DNA of 64,000 nt. Source: Octopus sinensis. Lineage: Eukaryota. Of the stretch, positions 1 through 10,163 are shown piece by piece (positions within the stretch are counted from its first letter, which is position 1; each line of letters starts with the position of its first letter). The stretch is taken from assembly GCF_006345805.1 (NCBI RefSeq), contig NC_043004.1:82088001-82152000 (forward strand), given 5' to 3'. The notes under the pieces were generated by a model, which saw only the letters and a program-made list of their open reading frames with translations, ran no database searches and had not been told where the DNA came from. Both the position numbers and the translations under genes were made by a program.

Positions 1-422
1 TTTGTGATTGTGTATAATTTATACGTTGGCCCTCGTACATTGACTCATATGTACACGCTGTCACCCGCCTTCTCTGTCTCTCTACGTTTGTATAAACATT
101 CACACACACGGGACACAGTGTGTATGTGTATGTGTGTATGTGTGGACACTCACGTGTATTTGACTATGTCCGTTCACACCCACCCACTTCACACTGACAG
201 ATTGACACATTTACATATATATATATAAATATAAATAAATAACTATATATATATTTATACATCTACTTCAAACGTGTTTTTACGAACGGGTCTACGAGAG
301 AGAGAGAGACTGTAAGTGGTCGCTGGTCATACTAGAAATAGTAGCCAGGTCTTTCTTTCAAATTACAACCTCTGTTTCAAAAAGAAAGAAAGAAAAATAA
401 GAATGTTGGACAATGTTGGATA

Positions 423-845
423 ATAGGCGCAGGAGTGGCTGTGTGGTAAGTAGCTTGCTAACCAACCACATGGTTCTGGGTTCAGTCCCACTGCGTGGCA
501 CCTTGGGCAAGTGTCTTCTGCTATAGCCTCGGGCCGACCAAAGCCTTGTGAGTGGATTTGGTAGACGGAAACTGAAAGAAGCCCGTCGTATATATGTATA
601 TATATATATATATATAGGTGTGCGTGTATGTGTTTGTCCCCCTAGCATTGCTTGACAACCGATGCTGGTGTGTTTATGTCCCCGTTACTTAGCGGTTCGG
701 AAAAAAAAGAGACCCGATACAATAAGTACTGGGCTTACAAAAACAATAAGTCCCGGGGTCGAGTTGCTCGATTAAAGGCGGTGCTCCAGCATGGCCGCAG
801 TCAACTGACTGAAACAAGTAAAAAGAGAAAAAAAGAGTAAAAGAA
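423..845 (+). mobile_element. tRNA-derived SINE family A (CORE-like body), full length
   Basis: A-box-like TGGCTGTGTGGTAAG, B-box-like GGTTCAGTCCC, CORE-like CACCTTGGGCAAGTGTCTT, internal (TA)n, 3' module ending GACTGAAACAAGTAAAAGA. More than 15 whole or partial copies in the window, e.g. 2133, 22620, 26845, 27910, 33960, 49340, 62000. Confidence 0.85.
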
Positions 846-1084
846 TGTAATCGGATCTTTGCATAACCAGGGCTAATTTGAGGCCAAACGTATACATCTT
901 GTATTGATTACCATTAGGTAATCAAAAAGTAAAAAGAAAAAGGAAAGGCTAAAAAGTAGAACAGCATAAAATAAAATTTCAATTTTACGAATGCTGATGA
1001 TAAGGAAGTGAAGGATTAAAATCATCATCATCATCATCATTGTCTACACAATTTATATTTTGTTTATGTATTAGTTAATACACT

Positions 1085-1495
1085 AGTTGGGCTCTCTTTA
1101 CTCTTTACTATTTTACTTGTTTCAGTCAGTTGACTGCGGCCATGCTGGAGCACCGCCTTTAGTCGAGCAACTCGACCCCGGCACTTATTCTTTGTAAGCC
1201 CAGTACTTATTCTATCGGTCTCTTTTGCCAAATCGCTAAGTGACGGGGACATAAACACACCAGCATCGGTTGTCAAGCAATGCTAGGGGGACAAACACAG
1301 ACACACAAACATACACGCACACACATATATACGACGGGTTTCTTCCAGTTTCCGTCTACCAAATCCACTCACAAGGTTTTGGTCGGCCCGAGGCTATAGT
1401 AGAAGACACTTGCCCAAGGTGCCACGCAGTGGGACTGAACCCGGAACCATGTGGTTGGTAAGCAAGCTACTTACCACACAGCCACTCCTGCGCCT
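1085..1495 (-). mobile_element. SINE family A, full length, inverted relative to 423-845
   Basis: Reverse complement of the same consensus. Confidence 0.85.
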
Positions 1496-2270
1496 TAACT
1501 CCTGGCTGTTAACAATTTGTTAGTTTGTGTTGCACTTTAAATCAGTGATGTGCATATACATGCATGCACATGTACATGTGTGTGTAAAAATGTATGTATG
1601 TGTGTACATCATCGTCATCATCATCATCAACAAGTGTTTCAAATCTGGGTTTTGTCCCCGTTAATGGGGGTAGCCAGATCTACCTCAATGGCAAGACAAC
1701 TGAGGTAGGCAAGTGCAGCCCACCCCAACCTTTGGACTGGCTGGCTGGCTGGTACCCTTCTCCTTTGCTATCATGAGGCTTCTTTGGAGCTGGATTTTCT
1801 ACGGGGAGCATGCCCTTGCTTACCCACCAACCTCAGTTTCCAGACATGTGTGGTCCTGAGACCAAGGCCTCTACCACAATTTTTAAGAAATGTGGTGGAA
1901 AACTCGTTCAGGAAGGTAAGGACGATACTGCCTGAGATTCCTTTTGGCACCCCCTACATATATATATGGCATTAGGAAGGGCATCCAACTGTTGAAACAC
2001 TGCCCGATCAGACTGGGCCTGGTGCAGCCTTCTAGCTTCCCAGACCCCAGTTGAACCGTCCAACCCATGCTAGCATGGAAAGCGGATGTTAAACGATGAT
2101 GATGATATATATATATATATATGTATACAGGATCAGGTGTGGCTATGTGGTAAGAAGCTTGCTTCCCAACCACATTATTTTGGGTAAATGTCTTTTACTA
2201 TAGCCTTGGGCTGACCAAAACCTTGTGAGTGGATTTGGTTGACGGAAAGTGAATGAAACCCATCGTATAA

Positions 2271-2328
<58 letters not shown>

Positions 2329-3171
2329 CTTTTTGTCTGCTCATCCCCCTCACCATCGCTTGATAACCAATGTTAGTATGTTTACGTTCCCATAACTTAG
2401 TGGTTTGGCAAAAGAGACTGATAGAATAAGTATCAGGCTTACAGAGAATATATCTTCAAAAATAAAAATTATATTTTTATAATTCAATATTATCAGGAAA
2501 CGTGTATCCTTTTATTCTTTTACTTGTTTCAGCCATTTGATTGTGGCCATGCTGGAGCACTGATTTTAGTCGAATAAATCTGCCCCAGGACTTATTCTTT
2601 TTAAGCCTAGTACTTATTCTATTGGTACCTTTTGCCGAACAGCTAAGTTATGGAGATTTAAACACACCACCACTGGTTGTCAAGCGATGGAGTGGGAACA
2701 GAGACACACAAATACATACATACATATATATATACTTTTTAATCCGAGGGGAGGCAATGTAAGCAGCAACTAAAGGAACATTACAAAATCCACAGAAAGA
2801 TCAAAACATACATATATTCATATATTCATTTATATCCACAGAACAGATATAAAATCTGACGTTTAAAAATATAGTAATATATAAATATATAAACATCATA
2901 TAAAAATATATAAGAATCAATGTTGAATATATAACACATTGAATTTACGCTTAAACTCATAAAACATTTGGTATAAATTATTCAAATTAAAAATTTGGGG
3001 TGATAAAACTTACAATAACATATTAAAATGACGAATTAAAATTCCAGAGAAAAATACATAGAAGATAAATATACAAATTTACAAAAATACATAAATGTTC
3101 ATCTACGGGCCGTTTCGGAGATCTCAAGATATAGCTTTGTATTCAGTAATATATGTATATATATATAAAGT

Positions 3172-3372
3172 TAATCCAAACAAGAAAACAAAAAAACACA
3201 ACAACGCAAGGACGTGGAACAAATAAAGTATTATTGGACGCTCAGGAAAGAAGGGAAGAAGGAGAGTTTAACGTTTCGAGCGGAGCTCTTCGTCGGAAAC
3301 ATAGGAGAAGGAAAGATCCCGAGAAGGGAAGACAGAGGAAAAAAAATCGCCAGTGGTACTCACAAGGTCACA
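3172..3372 (-). mobile_element. Solo Penelope-like pLTR unit (~200 bp) between microsatellites
   Basis: Near-identical to 44090-44285, the terminus of the Penelope-like element, and to 59845-60040. Confidence 0.8.
3266..3300 (-). ncRNA. Minimal type I hammerhead-like motif (U4C core variant)
   Basis: Minus strand GTTT-CCGACGA-A-GAGC(TCC)GCTC-GAAAC-GTT-AAAC. Confidence 0.6.
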
Positions 3373-3403
3373 CACACACACACATATATACACACACATA
3401 TAT

Positions 3404-3436
<33 letters not shown>

Positions 3437-4190
3437 CTCATATATATATATATATATATATACACACAGGGTTATTCAAAAAGAATGAACCGATTTCATT
3501 GTGCACTATTTTAATAAGGAAAAGCAATAGAAAACTCCAGCTAAGTCACAAGTATTTACTCACAAACAACTTTTATTTCCTATCTTACAAGTGATCAATG
3601 TGGCCACTATCTGCAGCATGGCCAACATCAATGTGGTAAGAGAATGCTTCCCAGGCATGTATCAGCATATCACAATGCACTGAGTTGATCACTGTTATGT
3701 GATTTTTTTCTTGTGGGGATCTGTAAAAGAGTGCATTTATGTTCCACTGCTACCCACTACCCTCGATAACCTTAAACATTGAATAACAACAGCAATCAAC
3801 TCAGTAGGTGCTGGTGTCACATAAACACACCTGTGCTGGTGCTATGTAGAAAAGCACCTCTTCTGGTGCCTCATACTATGCACCTGTGCTGGTGCCATGC
3901 AACAAACCACCTGTTTGGGGTCACATAAAAAGCTTCTGTGCCAGTGCTACTTATAAAGCACTCATGATTGTGCTATGCTTAAAGCACATGTTGGTGGCAT
4001 ATATAAAGCACCCAGTACACTCTGTAAAGTGATTGGCATTAGGAAGGGTATCTGGCCATAGAAACCCAGCTGAAATAGACAATTGGAGCCTGGACTGCTC
4101 TTCTGCTGACCAGCTCCCTTCAAACCATCCCAATATATTATGCAGTGGTTTCGTAGTTGAGTACCTGAGTAAGTCCACTGTCTTGAAGCA

Positions 4191-5345
4191 GAAACAGCTG
4201 TAAGCTAATGGAGTTCATAAGATAACATTTTATTCCTTTCTTATGTCAGTGTCGATATATATCAGTGTCCATACTACCTACTTCAGTATGGACACTGATA
4301 TATATCGACAAGAGGAGGGTTTAGCTATGGATTTGCCATTATCACCGGTAATAGCCAATATATACATGGAATACTTCGAGAATTTGCCTTTAGGATCAAC
4401 ACCACTAAAACCAACACTATGGCTATGATATGTTGTTGACAGCTTTATACTCTGGCTCCACCAGGAAGATGTCCAAGTGCTGTTAGATCATTTGAACTCA
4501 ATAAAGCCATCCATACAGTTCACAATGGAAAAGGAAAAAGACAATCAGCTGGCATTCCCGGACGTATTAATAACGCGCACCAAATATGGATTCGGGACAT
4601 CCATATACCGCAAGCTGACCTTTACTGGACAATACCTCAACTTTAATTCCTACCATCCATACAGTGTAAAGAGAGGGACTGCTCAGTGCTTAAAACATCA
4701 TGCAAAGAATATAAGTAGCGATTGTGATACACACCATGATGAAATGATCAAGCTCAATAACGATCTCTTAAGCAACAACTACTCCGAAAGTATACTGTCC
4801 ACTCCAATTATGAAGAAGAGAGAGGATGAGGCCAAAAAACTGTCCACAGTCTGTCTACCCTATGTGAGGCCTTTCCAAAAAGATACAAAAGTTATGCAGC
4901 CCATATGACATCAGGACAGTATTCAAGTGTAATACAACACTTAGCAAATATCTTCTTCGAGTAAAACCACCGATAGAAGAGAATATGACCAAAGACTGAG
5001 TGTACTCCATCCCATGCAGCTGTGGTAGGTTATACAAAGGCGAAACATGCTGCCCTCTCAAAATAAGGGTAGACGAACATCGCAAAGCTGTGACATGTGG
5101 AGATATCGATAAATTGGGTATAGCTGATCATGTATGGAAATATGGTGACCACCTCCCCCTGTGGAATGAAGTTAAAATAAAAGACAGAGAACACCCCTGG
5201 AAAATATGAAAACTACAAGAAGCAGCACATATGCTAGGACACAGCATCCTCCTAAGCAGACCGAGTGCAGATATGAGTAGCATATGGGGACCGGTGTTAA
5301 GGAATGATGGGAAAATATTAGATTTATAAGCCCTAAAATTCACTG
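4191..5345 (+). mobile_element. Degenerate Penelope-like element fragment (RT 3' part + GIY-YIG)
   Basis: Frames 4243-4428, 4477-4908 and 5000-5209: GLAMDLPLSPVIANIYME, SIQFTMEKE, IYRKLTFTGQYLNFNSYHP, VYSIPCSCGRLYKGET..RVDEH. Preceded by a half hammerhead GAAACAGCTGTAAG at 4191-4204. Confidence 0.88.
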
Positions 5346-5818
5346 GCATAGTGGTTAAGAGCATAGGCTACTAACCCCAAGATTCCAAGTTCGATTCCAA
5401 ACAGTGACCTGAATAATAAGAATAATAATAACAACATCAACAACAATGAAAAATATTTAAACGATGATGATCATGTATTTTTGTTACATGTGTGTGTATA
5501 AGTGCCAATGACATGTAAAAAGCACTATCCAAATAGGATCCATGCCAGGGCTGCCTGGCTGGCTCCCATGCTGGTGGCACATAAAAAGCACCATCTGAAT
5601 GTGGCCAATACCAGTGCCCCCTGACTGGCTCCCATGCCCGTGTCACATAAAAAGCACTATTTGAATGTGGTCAAGGCCAGTGCCGCCTGACTGGCTCCTG
5701 TGCTGGTGGCGCATAAAAAGCACTCACTAACTTAGTGTGGCTGCTGGCTCTCCAGACCTCAGTCAAACCCATGCAAGCATGGAAAATGGATATTAAACGG
5801 TGATGACGATGATATATA

Positions 5819-7110
5819 CGAGGGGCGTTCAATAAGTAATGCCCCTGACCCACTTCCCATTGCAGTAGAGCAACGAAACTTAGCACAGTTATTAGTATTT
5901 TTCTACATAGGAATCACCCAGAGTTACGCATTTCTCCCATTGTTTGATGCAGCTCTGGAGACCGTTTTTGTAGAAGACCCCAGCTTGGTCCTCCAACCAC
6001 GACGTGACTTCAGAAATCAAGGCTGCATCATCTGTGAAACGCTTTCCCTTCAGAAACAACTTCATGGCTGGAAAGAGGTGAAAATCAGAGGGTGCAAGGT
6101 CGGGAGAGTAGGGGGGATGGGGAGGAGTTCATAGCCGCACGCCTGTGCTTCTGATCTGGCGACACGCGAGTTGTGGACTGGAGTGTTGTCCTGCAGGAGG
6201 AGGATGCCTTTTCTGATCTTGCCCCGCCTCTTGATTTTGATAGCTTCTCTTAATTTCCTCAAAAGTGAAGCATAATAGGCTCCTGTAATTGTGGTACCCT
6301 TTGCCGGGAAATCTGTCATCACTACTCCGTCCTGGTCCCAGAAGACTGTGAGCATGTCCTTGCCAGCGAAGGGCTGCACCCTTGCCTTCTTTGGAGGAGG
6401 TGAGTCATGGTGCTTCCACTGCATTGACTGGGCTTTGGTCTCTGGATCATAGTGATGGACCCAGGTTTCATCCTGTGTAATCAGTCTTTTGAAAAATTTT
6501 GACTCATCTTCTTGGCACATCTCCAAATTCATCCTCGAGCACTCGACGCGTTCTTGCTTCTGGAAAGGTGTGAGCAACCTGGGAATCCATCTGGCAAACA
6601 CCTTTTGCATATGCAAATGGTCATGAATGATAGTTTCCACAGACCCGGCACTAATCTTGACCTGATGGGCTATTTGGCGAATTGTTATGCGTCGATCTTC
6701 CAAAATGGCAGCCTCAACTTGACGGACAGATGCCTCATCAATGGCAGAAGGGAGGCGACCAGATCTGGGAGCTGTTTCCACAGAGTTCCGACCATGTTTG
6801 AATTCACGATGCCAGGGTTTTACAAGGTCATATGATGGGGCATCATCACCATAAGTTACTTTCATTTCATCAAAAGTCTCCCGTGGTGTGCGTCCTTTCA
6901 AATACAAAAACCGGATCACTACTCAACACTCAACAGGCTCCATTTCACACTTGACTCAGTTCAAACACCTGTAAATCAGAAACCACAATTATTTCAGAGC
7001 TGTAATTCGCCACTTAATCTATAGAGATATAAATAATTGCACAGACAAAATTTCAGCTAGATCAAATAATTGCAAGTGGGTCAGAGGCATTACTTATTGA
7101 ACGTCCCTCG
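5819..7110 (-). mobile_element. Full-length mariner DNA transposon (1292 bp)
   Basis: 37-bp TIRs (CGAGGGGCGTTCAATAAGTAATGCCCCTGACCCACTT, 2 mismatches), TA on both sides, inserted in the microsatellite tail of an RTE 3' fragment. Confidence 0.96.
5892..6943 (-). pseudogene. Mariner D,D34D transposase pseudogene (~350 aa)
   Basis: WIPRLL, QDETW, QDN and HPPYSPDLAPSDF (restored by adding one C near 6120); TGA at codon 7; 34 residues between the 2nd and 3rd Asp. Confidence 0.93.
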
Positions 7111-7492
7111 TATATATATTAATAGTAATAGTATGACAACAAAAGAATGAAAGAGACCTCGATATTATGTAAATAGAGGAATTTATCTGTAATATGATAT
7201 GTGACAATTATTCAGTTGCCATAATAAAACTCCAACGAGATGCCAGAGCACATTTCTATCCTTATGTCCGAAACTCGGAGTTTTATTATGGCAACTGAAT
7301 AATTGTCATATTATATTATACTACACATTCTTTTATTTTCTCTCCTTGTTTCTTTCTGTGTTCCTTTCTGAGTGTAGGCTCGAAATGTTAAAGCCTTTTT
7401 CACTTCCCGAGCATTAAACTAATACATCTGTTTGTTGTCTACACCACCTGACTTCGTCTTTTGTTTTTTTGTGAATTCTTCCCCTATATATA

Positions 7493-7498
<6 letters not shown>

Positions 7499-7528
<30 letters not shown>

Positions 7529-8340
7529 TGTATGTATGTATGTATGTATGTATGTATGTATGTATGTATGTATGTATGTATGTATGTATGTATGATGTAT
7601 GTATGTATGTAGTATGTATGTATGTATGTATGTATGTATGTATGTATGTATGTATGTAGTAGTATGTATGTATGTATGTATGTAGTAGTATGTATGTATG
7701 TATGTATGTATGTATGTATGTATGTATGTATGTATGTATGTATGTATGTATGTATGTATGTATGTATGTATGTATGTATGTATGTATGTATGTATGTATG
7801 TATGTATGTATGTATGTATGTATGTATTATGTATGTATGTATGTATGTATGTATGTATGTATGTATGTATGTATGTATGTATGTATGTATGTATGTATGT
7901 ATGTATGTATGTATGTATTATGTATGTATGTATGTATGTATGTATGTATGTATGTATGTATGTATGTAGTATGTATGTATGTATGTATTATGTATGTATG
8001 TATGTATGTATGTATGTATGTATGTATGTATAGTATGTATGTATGTATGTATATGTATGTATGTATGTATGTTATGTATGTATGTATGTATGTATGTATG
8101 TATGTATGTATGTAGTATTATGTATGTATGTATGTATGTATGTATGTATGTATGTATGTATGTATGTATGTATGTATGTATGTATGTATGTATGTATGTA
8201 TGTATGTATGTATGATGTATGTATGTAGTATGTATGTATGTATGTATGTAGTAGTATGTATGTATGATGTATGTATGTATGTATGTATGTATGTATGTAT
8301 GTATGTATGTATGTATGTATGTATGTATGTATGTATGTAT
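7499..8340. repeat. (TATG)n microsatellite, ~840 bp
   Basis: Direct reading; scattered small indels. Confidence 0.99.
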
Positions 8341-8344
8341 GGAT

Positions 8345-8635
8345 GGGCGCAATGGCCCAGTGGTTAGGGCAGTGCACTCGCGGTTGTAGGATCGCGGTTT
8401 CGATTCCCAGACCGAGTGTTGTGAGTGTTTATTGAGCGAAAACACCTAAAAGCTCCACGAGGCTCCGGCAGGGAGGGGGGATCCCTGCTGTACTCTTTCA
8501 CCACTCTTTCTTCTGTTGGCCTGCTCGCTTAGCCAACGGGGTGGCGTCATTCGGAGGCTAAAACAATGCGAACACATTGTGACCAGCGATGTGTAACAAC
8601 ATCTGATGGTCTGGTCGGTCACGTGATCACGTGAT
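8345..8635 (+). mobile_element. tRNA-derived SINE family D
   Basis: Head GGCGCAATGGCCCAGTGGTTAGGGCAG...GGTTTCGATTCCCAGACC; relatives at 10655, 16786-17000(-), 38277-38574(-), 42746. Confidence 0.8.
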
Positions 8636-8778
8636 ATTAATATATATATGATGATATATATATATAAATACACACACACGGCTGTAAGTTTTGCTGTCAA
8701 TGATCATCCTTTCCTCTGTCTGTCTGGTTAACTTTTTGTAATTTATGATTCATTCTTGGATTTTCTTTGATTCTTCAG

Positions 8779-8871
8779 ATGTACACACTTCTCTCTGGTT
8801 TTTGGAAGTATCTGTTCCAAAAGGAAGAATACTTTGTCTTAATTCTTGGTTTGGATAATGCCGGAAAAACG
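8779..8871 (+). CDS. ARFRP1: ARFRP1 coding exon 1 ([31 protein letters not shown])
   Basis: ttcttcag|ATG at 8779; donor ACG|gtaaga; contains the P-loop. Confidence 0.97.
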
Positions 8872-9141
8872 GTAAGAACATACAGGCTGAAATTACTTTA
8901 AAAACATTTTTTCTGTTTTTGCAATTAATTAAAGAATCGTTAGCTCTTTGAACAAACTGCTTAACAGCATTTCTTAGGGCTTTACCTACTGCCAAGGTTG
9001 ATTCTACCATTCATCCTATAGGGGTAGATGAAATAAAGTGCCAGTCAGGGACTGGAATCAATCTAAATAATGTACCCTTCCCCGCAAATTACTGACCTTG
9101 TGCCAAAATTTGAAACAGTTACTACTATTACTACTATTATT

Positions 9142-9192
<51 letters not shown>

Positions 9193-9390
9193 TTTTTAAT
9201 TATTATTATTATTATTATTCAAATTCCGCCAGGGTTGACTTTGCCTTTCATCCTTTCGGGGTTGAAAAAATTAGTACCAGTTACGCACTGGGTTCGATGT
9301 TGTCGACTTAATTCCTTCCCCCATATCTGAGGCCTTCTGCTTCCAGTAGAAAGGATTATTATTGTTATTATCATTATTACTGTTGTTATT

Positions 9391-9426
<36 letters not shown>

Positions 9427-10132
9427 CAAATTCAGCTGAGGTCGACTTTGCCTTTCATCCTTTCGGGGTCGATAAATTAAGTACCAAATTCGAAGCCTTG
9501 TGCCTCCAGTAGAAGGGACTATTATTATTATTATCATTATTATTAAAATAGCAAGCTGTCAGAATCACTAACACTCTGGACAAAATATCTTCAAGCATTT
9601 TGTCCATCTTTGTGTTCTGAGTTCATCATCTGACGAGCTGAACCTTGTAGAAGTCACTCACCCAAGGTGCCATGGAATGGGATTGAACCTGGAACCATGT
9701 AGTTGGGAAGCAGATGTTTTACAACACTCCCACACCTTTCTAAAATTAATCTGTAATTTATAAAGTTTGTAGAACAAACTGTGTTTGTTTTATTATTAAG
9801 TTCTTTACAATGTCTGCTGTTCCAATATCGAAGAACCTGTCTTAATGGTCCGTCACCTCTCTGTTTCAGACTTACCTTGAACAAACCAAGACGAAGTTTA
9901 ATCGGAAATATAAAGGGATGAACCAAAGCAAAATCACGACGACTGTCGGCCTAAACAGTGAGTAGAGATGGGGAAAAAAATTAAAATAAAAAAAAATAAC
10001 TGTAAAAAAAAAAAACATATTTAAAAATTTAATAAATATATTCATTTACTAATTTACTTCAAACGACTGACTACCACCTTGCTTGAGGGGTTTTCTGTAA
10101 CACGTAATATCTTGAAAATTACAAACAGTTAT

Positions 10133-10163
<31 letters not shown>

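Noticed and set aside
3105-3150. Additional hammerheads (also ~33015-33062 and ~43385-43435)
   Set aside because: GAAAC/GAAAT half is present but the CUGANGA core is mutated; too degenerate to call
8345-8420. tRNA gene
   Set aside because: tRNA-like head with no clean cloverleaf or T-run terminator; continues into a multi-copy SINE body
7432-8445. Many ORFs such as MYVCMYVC and IHTYIHTY
   Set aside because: Translations of (TATG)n; the same applies to ORFs at 14068, 25187-25807, 32742, 51244 and 57765
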